A stretch of 64,000 bases of DNA. Source: a virus. Made by a program: the position numbers and the translations under genes. How positions within the stretch are numbered: position 1 is the first letter of the stretch; every line of letters starts with the position of its first letter. Shown here in pieces: positions 55,246 to 63,949 of this stretch. Location: positions 113,975 through 177,974 of the IMG/VR virus record IMGVR_UViG_3300031669_000002. One strand, given 5' to 3'. The notes below the pieces were generated by a model, which worked only from the letters and a program-made list of their open reading frames with translations, searched no databases and was not told the DNA's origin.

Positions 55246-55370
55246 GGGATAGTTACAGCATTAAATTATAAGCCAAACCGCCTACCTGGGTTCGACTCCC
55301 AGAGTCCGAGTTTACTTGGATTTAGATCAACGGCAGATCAGTGGTCATAAACCCGTAAGGGACTATCCCG
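55246..55370 (+). ncRNA. RGGAT..TAC(A/T)GCA small RNA, copy 3 (carries a T arm)
   Basis: GGGATAGT/ACTATCCC closing stem, TACAGCA, internal CTGGG-TTCGACT-CCCAG. Confidence 0.55.
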
Positions 55371-55384
55371 TTTAAAGAGAAAAC

Positions 55385-55792
55385 ATGAAAAGAATAGTGG
55401 TTGATGTAGCAGGTCGAGAATCGTCGGAGATATTTGATGAACTGCGAAACCTCTTCAATGAGGAAGACTATACGGCAGCAACCACTAACTTTGATTCAAG
55501 CAACAAACCAAGATCAGTTGTTATTCTGACGCACAATGACGCAGTAGAAACATATTTAAACCTAAAGTATGTTGGCATTTCAGGCACAGAATTCTTGTCG
55601 TTAGTGACAGAAGAAGAAAAACTAAAACTTGCTTTTATTGCTGGATTTACAGCCGCCAGACAAATAGATAGAACTAAGTTCGACGAAGACCTAAAAACGA
55701 TGCTTGGCATCGATTTAGAAGCAGATATAATAAGTAAGAAGTTTGAGGAATTCAAAACTAACTTCCCTGACTTAAATATGCTGTATTTCTAA
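55385..55792 (+). CDS. Hypothetical protein
   Basis: 135-aa ORF. Confidence 0.7.
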   Translation: MKRIVVDVAGRESSEIFDELRNLFNEEDYTAATTNFDSSNKPRSVVILTHNDAVETYLNLKYVGISGTEFLSLVTEEEKLKLAFIAGFTAARQIDRTKFDEDLKTMLGIDLEADIISKKFEEFKTNFPDLNMLYF

Positions 55793-55835
55793 TATGGAAT
55801 AAATACATTATTAGCAGCTAAAAGAATTGTTGTAA

Positions 55836-56245
55836 GTGCGGGTATCAGACGCACAGGAGTTGAAAGTAAGGCATTTGAGACGGCGGTTCAATTCCGCCCT
55901 GCTCCACCAAAAACGCTCTAGCCCTCCAAAGTGCTAAGACGACGGAACGATAAGTGATAACTTAGAAAATCCGCTAGAGTGTTATTGATGGGGCAGACCA
56001 GGACTCGATCAAGTGAGATAGGATAGATGACAGCACGATAAGAAGAATCGTAAAAATCAAACAAAACAAATGCAAACGCAGATGTTAATACCGTTAAAGC
56101 AACAATGAGCAAAGGTTTCCGTTTCCGTTTCGGCGGTACTGTAGCTCGTGAAGCATTCGCAGCCTAAAAACTGCACGGCGTCGGAGCTATCCGATGTTAC
56201 CAAAATAGTAGGTTTCACAAACTGCACCTAAAGCAGTTTGTACTA
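55836..56245 (+). ncRNA. ssrA: Circularly permuted two-piece tmRNA
   Basis: Acceptor piece ends GGCGG-TTCAATT-CCGCC-CTGCTCC-A-CCA (55909) and precedes the coding piece starting GGGGCAG (55990). G3.U70, stem-closed intervening segment, tag ANADVNTVKATMSKGFRFRFGGTVAREAFAA at 56072-56167. Outer ends approximate. Confidence 0.9.
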
Positions 56246-56261
56246 ATTTTAGGATGTTAGT

Positions 56262-56639
56262 ATGATGTCTACTGATCTACATATAATCGATAAAGAACAC
56301 GCAGCATTACTGGCAGAAATGTCAGATCTTCTTTTTGACGACAAAAGAAATAAAGAAGAACTGTGCGTAAAGTTTAGAAAGATACTCGACGATTTGCGTA
56401 CTCATTTCGACGACGAAGAAGAGATTATGAATGACATTGAGTATTTCCGTATCTCTAACCACAAAGAAGTTCACAGAACATTTCTCGAAACAGCAGAAAA
56501 ACTATACTCTCAAGCTATAACCTCAGATTGCCGCAGTGACATAATTGATTTAATCTCTATTCTTGACAAATATTCTTCTGCACACTTTGAGATAGCAGAT
56601 ATGGCTGTAAAGTTTCATCTTATGACACTTCCTCAATGA
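56262..56639 (+). CDS. Hemerythrin-like metal-binding protein
   Basis: IDKEH, HFDDEEEIM, HKEVH spacing. Confidence 0.75.
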   Translation: MMSTDLHIIDKEHAALLAEMSDLLFDDKRNKEELCVKFRKILDDLRTHFDDEEEIMNDIEYFRISNHKEVHRTFLETAEKLYSQAITSDCRSDIIDLISILDKYSSAHFEIADMAVKFHLMTLPQ

Positions 56640-57085
56640 ACATAGCTGAAATAAAGATGCTTCAAAAAGCAGGAATCATACCTTACTACGTTGACGATAA
56701 AGACATTCCCAGAATGATGTTTATGACACCGTCAGATCCAACTTATGGTGGTCCAGAATTTCAAATAGCAAAAGGATTTGTTGATGGAAAAGAGTCAATA
56801 AAAAATGCTGCTGTTAGAGAAGGGTCAGAGGAACTTGGACTAATTACTTCAAACATCGTATCAATAGATAAAATTTCATCAAAAACAATAACTGGTGATT
56901 TGGATACTTATCAAATGACTGTTTATGTGGCCGAAATAGTTGATCCAAGTAATTTTGGAGAAACAGATTATGAGACAGGCGATAGAGCGTGGCTCAGTAT
57001 GGAAGAATATGTAGCAATAGGCAAAAAGAGTCATCTTCCCTTCGTGAGAGAAGCTTACAGTTTCATTATACGCACAAAAGAATAA
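56636..57085 (+). CDS. NUDIX hydrolase
   Basis: KGFVDGKESIKNAAVREGSEELGL Nudix box. Confidence 0.85.
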   Translation: MNIAEIKMLQKAGIIPYYVDDKDIPRMMFMTPSDPTYGGPEFQIAKGFVDGKESIKNAAVREGSEELGLITSNIVSIDKISSKTITGDLDTYQMTVYVAEIVDPSNFGETDYETGDRAWLSMEEYVAIGKKSHLPFVREAYSFIIRTKE

Positions 57086-57086
57086 A

Positions 57087-57272
57087 ATGTCAGACTATAC
57101 GTTAGACAACACAGAGAAACAAAAAGCAAAAAAATTCAACAAAAAACACTATAAGAAATGCAATAGTGGCATGTCTGTTATCTTCACTCCGGCCGGTATT
57201 GGGCTAAAAGTCGAAGTCCGCTGTAATAAATGCAATAAAATCAAAGATATATCAAACTACGATACCTGGTAA
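57087..57272 (+). CDS. Small Cys/His protein
   Basis: H..KC...C..C, 61 aa. Confidence 0.65.
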   Translation: MSDYTLDNTEKQKAKKFNKKHYKKCNSGMSVIFTPAGIGLKVEVRCNKCNKIKDISNYDTW

Positions 57273-57278
57273 TTTCTC

Positions 57279-57306
57279 TTGACTTTTCGGTAATAGAGCG
57301 TATAAT
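57279..57306 (+). promoter_or_regulatory. Sigma70-type promoter
   Basis: TTGACT-N16-TATAAT. Confidence 0.7.
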
Positions 57307-57338
57307 AGCGTTATAAATTACTAAAGAGGAAAGAAGAA

Positions 57339-57545
57339 ATGTCAGACCATTGGAAAGTACCAAACGAATCATCGTGTGTTGGTGTTGTTGATAATGACAC
57401 CAAGGGTGAAAACGGCGGAACAAAGTATTTTGTGACACAGACTATTCACTTTCGTACAACTGATTCGCGCGAAAGTTTTATCAAGAAAGCATGTGCCGCA
57501 TTTGATCAGGCTCAAGCTAATCTAATTAAATCAAACAACGATTAA
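57339..57545 (+). CDS. Hypothetical protein
   Basis: RBS GAGG, 68 aa. Confidence 0.65.
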   Translation: MSDHWKVPNESSCVGVVDNDTKGENGGTKYFVTQTIHFRTTDSRESFIKKACAAFDQAQANLIKSNND

Positions 57546-57559
57546 CCAAGGAGAAAAAA

Positions 57560-57733
57560 ATGAACGCAGATAAAGTTTTCAATGACACAGTTTCTTACTT
57601 ATCCAAGTATAACCTAGCTGATCTGATCGAGATCGCGTATGCTGAGTTCGACATCAAAGTCGCACCTGGTGCAACAAAAGAAGAAGTGATCAACGAGTGT
57701 GCTCTGGCTGAGGTCAATTGCTTCACTCACTAA
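57560..57733 (+). CDS. 57-aa hypothetical protein
   Basis: RBS AAGGAG, MNADKVFNDT... Confidence 0.65.
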   Translation: MNADKVFNDTVSYLSKYNLADLIEIAYAEFDIKVAPGATKEEVINECALAEVNCFTH

Positions 57734-57734
57734 G

Positions 57735-57911
57735 ATGAAAGTTTACGTTTGCTATCAGTGTTTCCATGATTTCTGCAATAACTGGGAAATCATGGAACAT
57801 ATTTTTGCAGACGAGCTTAAAGCAATGGAGTGGGTAAGTGAATTCGAGGAAGTAAAATATCAGGGATCTGCTGTTGAGTGGCGAAGCTATGAGGAGGTTG
57901 AAGTAGAATGA
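57735..57911 (+). CDS. 58-aa hypothetical protein
   Basis: MKVYVCYQ..., coupled to both neighbours. Confidence 0.6.
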   Translation: MKVYVCYQCFHDFCNNWEIMEHIFADELKAMEWVSEFEEVKYQGSAVEWRSYEEVEVE

Positions 57912-58192
57912 TGAAAATAGTAAAGCTTAATCGACGTCACAAGGCTCTATCGGAGGGCTTTACTCACGCACTTCGTTTTGAGTATTACGATCACGCAGTA
58001 GTTCAAAAGATTGAGACCTCCCTTAGTGACAAGTACGGCTACAGTGGCTGGAAACGTGAAGATGCTGGAGATTGGTACAGTATGTTTGGCAACGTAGCAA
58101 AAGCCAAAAATGGCAGTAAATACAAAACATATTGGGTTTACCTTCGAAACGAAGCAGATGTCACATTGCTTCTTTTACTTGGATTAGTATAA
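57908..58192 (+). CDS. Hypothetical protein, 'LRNEADVTLLLL' family
   Basis: 94 aa, MKIVKLNRRH. Confidence 0.7.
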   Translation: MMKIVKLNRRHKALSEGFTHALRFEYYDHAVVQKIETSLSDKYGYSGWKREDAGDWYSMFGNVAKAKNGSKYKTYWVYLRNEADVTLLLLLGLV

Positions 58193-58335
58193 TGGCAAAT
58201 GTAAAACAAGGCAACATTACTAAATCGCCACAGTGGTGGAAGCATCTAAAAGACTGGAAACGAATTTTCTGGCACAAAGAACGCAAAGCTCAAAATAGGG
58301 AGATAAAGAAAAATGTCAACAGAACCGACGATTAG
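58192..58335 (+). CDS. 47-aa basic protein
   Basis: MANVKQGN...WWKHLK.WKR.FW..ER. Confidence 0.6.
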   Translation: MANVKQGNITKSPQWWKHLKDWKRIFWHKERKAQNREIKKNVNRTDD

Positions 58336-58564
58336 CGATTATCAAACAGACTTCGACGGTCTCAAGCGTCTCGCAAAAGAATTTCTTGATGCACTGCCTA
58401 CTGCTACCATTGAGGAAGCAGTTGCAGGACTCAACTGCTTCCAACTTGCTTATCTCAATGGGGAGTTTACTGAATCAGAGCAGGACCAATCAGAAATACT
58501 CTTGCAAATAATATCGAAGAAATTTCTTCATCGAGAAGCAGAACTTGTCGGCGATAACTACTAA
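58313..58564 (+). CDS. Hypothetical protein
   Basis: RBS GGAG, 83 aa. Confidence 0.6.
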   Translation: MSTEPTISDYQTDFDGLKRLAKEFLDALPTATIEEAVAGLNCFQLAYLNGEFTESEQDQSEILLQIISKKFLHREAELVGDNY

Positions 58565-58773
58565 TGGATGCATTGCAAAGTTGGCATAAAGGTCAAGACA
58601 AGTGGCGATTTAATACTGGTAACAGTGTTCGTATTATTTCAACAGGCGAGATAGGCATTGTTAAGTGTGGCGGAACCGATAATGACGTTCCTGTATATTG
58701 TTTAGCGGTTCCATCAAGTAAAGTTTGGATAACAGTCAAAGAACACGAAGTAGAAAGCGCGTTGAAAAAATAA
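58564..58773 (+). CDS. Small SH3/KOW-like protein
   Basis: FNTGNSVRIISTGEIGIV. Confidence 0.6.
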   Translation: MDALQSWHKGQDKWRFNTGNSVRIISTGEIGIVKCGGTDNDVPVYCLAVPSSKVWITVKEHEVESALKK

Positions 58774-58774
58774 G

Positions 58775-59116
58775 ATGGTAAAAATAGAAATTGTTCAATT
58801 TGACGGCGGGTTATATGCAGCCCGCCGCACTATTACGAGTGCAGTTCATAGAACAGAGATATCTTACCTAAACCTAACGTATAGAAACTGGGAGACATAT
58901 GACTCCAAACCATCATCTAACTGCTTCAAATATAGCTTACCAGAGGTCAAAGAAGCACTTGCATTAAGTGGTCACGCTACGGGCACTCCAATTAGTGAAA
59001 AAATGGTCATAAGTCCAGCCGAATTCATCGAAATGTGTGAAATGGCCGAAAACGATGAGGGATTAAGAGATATGTTGCTGAAAGCAAAGGAGTTTTATAT
59101 TCTCAAAAAGAAATAA
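58775..59116 (+). CDS. Hypothetical protein
   Basis: 113-aa ORF in the operon. Confidence 0.65.
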   Translation: MVKIEIVQFDGGLYAARRTITSAVHRTEISYLNLTYRNWETYDSKPSSNCFKYSLPEVKEALALSGHATGTPISEKMVISPAEFIEMCEMAENDEGLRDMLLKAKEFYILKKK

Positions 59117-59867
59117 GTTCTTTCCAGGGAAGTCTTCCTCGAATCCAAGAATTATCTGGTGCAACAGAACAAAACTTTGACGTGACGCCGTTGTTAAACC
59201 ACTTGCGGTCTAATGCTAAAATAGATTTAGAAATATTTTCTCCTGTTCCTTCTTTGTATTTCCCTCTTTTCTGTCCAGTGCGAGTTTTAACCATTTTTGC
59301 TCGTGCTTTGTCTGATGCTTTCTTTCCTGTATTCTTATCTCGAAGTTTCTCTCGAGTTGCAGTAGTTACTTCGTGCCCCAATAATTTAGCAATATGAGCA
59401 GCAGATTTCGGAACACCAGACAAGGCATCTGATATTTTCTTGTTTCTTTTTGGATCTTGAGTCATTTTGATTACTGCTTCTATATGCACGTCTCTGGCTT
59501 CCTGATATGCTCTTGAATTTTTCTTACCGGTAATGTTCGACATATTAAAGAAAGCAATAGATTGTGATGAACCAGGAAATGCCTTGTGCAACATTCTGTG
59601 AGCAATGAGATGTTCTCTTGCCGTCAAATGTATGCCATTCCATGGATTCTCTTTTAAGTTCTTGAATTGTGGGAAGAAAGTTTTAGATTTTGGTAAAATA
59701 TGATGGAAATGTGTCTTATATTTGATTTTTTCGCCCTTTCTTGAAGAAATAAATGAGATATATCGTTGAATATAAAAGGGATTTTGCTTCAATGGCAGTG
59801 CTAATAAGTGCTTGACAAACATAGTTTTCTCCTGTATAATATTTATACAAAGTCGTGTTATAGCCAA
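59103..59867 (-). mobile_element. HNH homing endonuclease with NUMOD3
   Basis: HHILPKS, LTAREHLIAH.ML, KSAAHIAK repeats, WFNNG module. Real start probably near 59822. Confidence 0.85.
59812..59840 (+). promoter_or_regulatory. Sigma70 promoter inside the opposite-strand HEG 5' region
   Basis: TTGACA-N17-TATAAT. Confidence 0.75.
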
Positions 59868-59882
59868 TGAAAGTGATACATT

Positions 59883-60329
59883 ATGAAAACTGAAAATGCT
59901 GTGATGTTAGCAAAAGCAATCGCTCTTTGTGCAACAAAACACGTAAATCAATTCGACAAAGGTGGTATTCCTTACGCGATGCATCCTTTGAAAGTGATGC
60001 ATTATTTGAAATCAGACGACATGGAACTGATGGCAATGGCCGTGTTACATGATGTCGTTGAAGACACTGATGTTACCTTTGCAGATTTGCGTGAACTGGG
60101 AATGTCGGAAAGAGTTATTGTCGGAGTAAAAGCATTAACCAAAATGCCAGGACAAACTCCATCAGAATATTTGGCAGGAATCAAGGCCAACCCAGATGCA
60201 GTAAAAGTCAAGTTGGCAGATTTGCGGCACAACATGGACGCTCGTCGTTTGAAGGGAGTCACTGAAAAAGACCGCGCACGTTTGGACAAGTATGCAAAAA
60301 TGTATTGGGAATTAAAGGACTTGGCATAA
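59883..60329 (+). CDS. HD-domain (p)ppGpp-hydrolase-like protein (RelA/SpoT HD)
   Basis: G.PY.MHP, AVLHDVVEDT, VKLADLRHN. Confidence 0.8.
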   Translation: MKTENAVMLAKAIALCATKHVNQFDKGGIPYAMHPLKVMHYLKSDDMELMAMAVLHDVVEDTDVTFADLRELGMSERVIVGVKALTKMPGQTPSEYLAGIKANPDAVKVKLADLRHNMDARRLKGVTEKDRARLDKYAKMYWELKDLA

Positions 60330-60530
60330 ATGGCTAAAAAATATCCAATGATGGTCACGCTGAAAGAGGCGAGCAAGATTTACGAAGCCCGTGTTAGAAA
60401 ACAGCGTGAAAAAGAGGGCTGGGCACAAGTTCAAATGCCAGCAGTAAAATCAAAGAATGCTAAAAAGATTAATCGCGCAATAACACTAACAATTCTGGCA
60501 AAAGAAGTAATAACAAATGAGCAAAGTTAG
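60330..60530 (+). CDS. Hypothetical protein
   Basis: 66-aa basic ORF. Confidence 0.6.
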   Translation: MAKKYPMMVTLKEASKIYEARVRKQREKEGWAQVQMPAVKSKNAKKINRAITLTILAKEVITNEQS

Positions 60531-60554
60531 GTCGACGATAGGCGGTAACCAATA

Positions 60555-60782
60555 ATGTCATATAAAATTGAGATTTATCATTATGGCGGAAAAGACAAGC
60601 ACAAGTTCTATGACAGCGAAGAGACATATAACAAGTGGTGGAAAAAGCGATCAGACGAAGCAGGCTGGTACAAAAGAATCAATGTAGAATACGGTCTTGT
60701 TGGATACATTGACGGCAAAGTTGATAAAGTATTTGGGGAAGTCCCTAATAAATTTAAGGTGGAAAACAATGATAACAGTTAA
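60555..60782 (+). CDS. Hypothetical protein
   Basis: 75-aa ORF. Confidence 0.6.
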   Translation: MSYKIEIYHYGGKDKHKFYDSEETYNKWWKKRSDEAGWYKRINVEYGLVGYIDGKVDKVFGEVPNKFKVENNDNS

Positions 60783-61119
60783 GCCAATTACTCCCGATGA
60801 AGTCGGAGCAAAACAAGCAACGCAGATTCCGAGTTTCGTTGTTGAAGCATTCAACATTGAAATAGCAAAACACTACGACAACATATCAAGAGTGGCAAAG
60901 GTGCCGCAGAGCTCGGTCTTGGAACAAATTGTAAAACAGCAGACGGCAGATTACGAAGAAGAAACAGTTGATGCAACGCAAAGGTTAAAGAAGCAAGCTT
61001 TTGAAAATAAGTGGCTCAACGTAGAAGCAATGTATGAAGATGCCGGCTGGAAAGTTTCTTATGAAAAACCTGGCTACAACGAATCTGGAGATGCATACTT
61101 CACATTTAAGAAAAAATGA
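60769..61119 (+). CDS. Conserved phage hypothetical protein
   Basis: VKPITPDEV...IP.FV.EAFN...WLNVE..Y..AGW.V.Y.KPG. Start ATG 60769. Confidence 0.7.
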   Translation: MITVKPITPDEVGAKQATQIPSFVVEAFNIEIAKHYDNISRVAKVPQSSVLEQIVKQQTADYEEETVDATQRLKKQAFENKWLNVEAMYEDAGWKVSYEKPGYNESGDAYFTFKKK

Positions 61120-61388
61120 AAATACGAATCCAATTTCCAGAAGAAGTTAGCGGTAACGAAGAAAAAGCAAAACGCTATGTCGACGATATCTTGCTCTGGG
61201 GAATGGAGGTTGACATGGATATTGAGTTTTATGGGTTTTATCGAGAAGTTAGCAGCGAGCCAGGTTATAGTTGGCGCAATCGTTGGAGGAGCGGAGTCTT
61301 CATCGTAGAGAAAGATTCTGCTTTTATGTTCTCTTTGAAATGGGGAGCAATGCAGCACAAGAAAAACAGGAAGGCAATAAAAGAATGA
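61116..61388 (+). CDS. Small protein, 'AFMFSLKW' family
   Basis: ATGA coupling. Confidence 0.65.
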   Translation: MKIRIQFPEEVSGNEEKAKRYVDDILLWGMEVDMDIEFYGFYREVSSEPGYSWRNRWRSGVFIVEKDSAFMFSLKWGAMQHKKNRKAIKE

Positions 61389-61654
61389 TCTACCATATCT
61401 CTTTTCCGTATCGAGATGTTACTACTGACCATTGGACATCTCAGCTAGAGCAGAGATTGATGTTAGTAGAGATGGGAGCAAAAACAATTGCCTGGAAGTC
61501 AGGCAGACTTACTCCAGCAAATTGGAACGGATACAACGAAAATAACCCAAGTCCAGGAGTTGATTTAAGCTGGCATTTCTGGGAAATAGAGGCAGAACCA
61601 GAATGTATGACGATGCTTGCGTTAAAAGCAGGGGTAGAGATAACAAAGCAATGA
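61385..61654 (+). CDS. Small protein, 'MTMLALK' family
   Basis: Start ATG 61385. Confidence 0.65.
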   Translation: MIYHISFPYRDVTTDHWTSQLEQRLMLVEMGAKTIAWKSGRLTPANWNGYNENNPSPGVDLSWHFWEIEAEPECMTMLALKAGVEITKQ

Positions 61655-61860
61655 ATGCAAATTTAAAATTTTTTGTTGTCGTGCCTGCATTGGGAATAGA
61701 TGTTCCTGGAAATATAAGAATGAACTGGTGTGAAGAAAATTTTGGAGAACTATTTGATAAATGGGCCTGCACTGAACAAACTAAGCCTGGCTCTGTTTGT
61801 TTTATGTTTGAAAAAGAAGAAGACGCAGTGCTTTTCGCATTAAAGTGGGCAGGACAATGA
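61651..61860 (+). CDS. Small protein, 'FEKEEDA.LFALKW' family
   Basis: Tandem paralog of 61857. Confidence 0.75.
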   Translation: MNANLKFFVVVPALGIDVPGNIRMNWCEENFGELFDKWACTEQTKPGSVCFMFEKEEDAVLFALKWAGQ

Positions 61861-62063
61861 ATGCAAATTTAAAATTTTCCGTTATTGTTCCTCGATTGCA
61901 GGAGGGGGTTCCCGGAAATATGAGAATAGAATGGTGTTTCGCCAATATAGGTGAGCATCTTGAAAGATGGGAATGTAATGGAATGACTTTTGATTCTATT
62001 TGTTACTCGTTTGAAAAAGAAGAGGATGCAATATTTTTTGTATTAAAGTGGGGAAGTAAATAA
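61857..62063 (+). CDS. Small protein, 'FEKEEDA.FFVLKW' family
   Basis: Tandem paralog of 61651 with identical first codons. Confidence 0.75.
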   Translation: MNANLKFSVIVPRLQEGVPGNMRIEWCFANIGEHLERWECNGMTFDSICYSFEKEEDAIFFVLKWGSK

Positions 62064-62085
62064 ATATAACTAAAGGAGAAGTAAA

Positions 62086-62760
62086 ATGAAACGTATTTTA
62101 GAAATTAGGGCCGCAGAAGGCGGAGAAGATTCCGCACTGTTTACGAAAGACCTATCAGCAGCATATCAAAAACTGTTCACCCGCCTGGGCTGAACTCACC
62201 GTCTAACTTCTTCAAGGTTAGGCGAAATCCTCATTGAAGTAACAGCAGAAGATTTATCCCAATTAGACAGAAACGAACCTGGTGGCCAAAGAACGCAGAG
62301 AATATCTCCAACTGAGAAACGCGGAAGAGTTCATTCTTCTACAGTTACAGTGGCCATCATTGATCCGGAAATAACAATCAATAACATTGATAAAATTGAT
62401 TTACGGATAGAGTGGTATAGCGGAACTGGTGCTGGTGGGCAGTTCCGCAATAAACATCAAAATAGTTGTAGAATAACGCATATCCCATCAGGGACGGTCG
62501 TTACATCACAAACTAGAAGTAGAAAAAATAGTTTAAAACTAGCAATGGATGAAATAACTATCCGGGTTAATCAAACTACAATAAACAAATCTTCGTCCGA
62601 AACTGCGGCTGTCAGAAAAGAACAAGTAGGATCAGGTATGCGTGGAGATAAAAAAAGAACAATACAATTCCAAAACAATAGAGTTACTGATCACGTAACT
62701 GGTAAAAAAATGTCGGCCGATAGGTATATGAAAGGATTTATTGACGATCTATGGAAATAA
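62086..62760 (+). CDS. Class-I peptide chain release factor homologue (RF1-like, lacks domain 1) with in-frame UGA at codon 36
   Basis: RBS AAGGAG. LEIRAAEGGEDS, then TGA 62191-62193, then in the same frame QRISPTEKRGRVHSSTVTVA and GTGAGGQ..NK...RITH. Confidence 0.85.
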
Positions 62761-62831
62761 TAGTAGGTTATGCCCTACAGCGAATTCTACTAATTCTAAA
62801 ACTTTGCTAAATACATTAACGGAGAGTTAAA

Positions 62832-63869
62832 ATGGAATTAGTAAATTCAACTAAGTTATGTGATTGGGGATGCGGCAAAGTTGCTACTCACTATTTTACA
62901 TATTCAAAGAAATATTGTTGTGGCAGTAACGTAAGTAAATGTCCCGAAAAAAAGCGCAAGCAAGATGAAAAAATGAAAGAGTCCGGTGCGTATAAAAAGC
63001 GAGCAGAAAAAAGCCATAATACAATGAAAAATATTATTTCGTCTAATGGAAAAACCATACAAGAAAATGCTACCAATAAGATGAAGAAAACAGTTACCGC
63101 AGTAGACGGGAACGGAGAAACAATTGCTAAAAAAAGATCAACTGTCATGGTAGATACAAGAAGGAAAACCATTGATCCGACTACAGGATTAGATCAATGT
63201 AAATTGTCTGGACTAAAGCAAAAAGAAACAAAAAATCGTATCGACGAGGAAAGCGGATTTACTATTCATAAGATTTCTGGTATGAAAGGGGCAGCAACAA
63301 AGAAAATAAAAGACAAAAATGGTCAAGACTGGTATGATCGAGTTCGTCCGGGATTAGTTATTAAGGCGACCAAAAACAGTAGACTACTTCACGAGAAAAG
63401 ACTAGCAGATATAGATGAACATGGATTAGATCATTACGCTAGGAGAACCCAAAGAATGTTAGAGGATATAGACGAAACTGGTCTAAATGGTATTGAGCGA
63501 GCCCATATTCATCGAAGAAGAAGCGGAATTAAGAAAAATTTTAAGGATACGCATTTATATTATCAATGCTCCTATGAATTAGCGTGGCTTGAAAAACTAG
63601 AGCAGAACTTTGGGTTATTGTGGGTAATAGCTAATGTAAAGAATGGTAAAAATCTAAAGTATTATAATCCGGTTAAGAAAGCAATTAGGTTTTATATGCC
63701 TGATTTTACAATAGGTAATACATTGTATGAAATTAAAAGTTCATATACTTGGAATAATCACGGCATTGATTCAGATACACAGAGTATAAACGAATCTAAA
63801 TTGTCGGCAGCAAAGAAATTGGGTTATGCAGTAATTCTAGTATTGGATGGAATAGAAATTCCAATCTAA
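62832..63869 (+). mobile_element. Homing endonuclease (PD-(D/E)XK) with internal repeats
   Basis: CDWGCG...CCGS...CP, QCSYEL, YMPDFTIGNTLYEIKS, own late promoter. Confidence 0.8.
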
Positions 63870-63949
63870 CCGATTACCTTGCTTTTTAAAGATAGATGTT
63901 GTATTATTATTCAGTAGCGTTAATTATAACTTAGATAAGAAAGAAAACT

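Noticed and set aside
62191-62260. Selenocysteine insertion at the release-factor UGA
   Set aside because: No tRNA-Sec or clear SECIS hairpin was seen, and the aligned residue is Trp-like rather than Cys.
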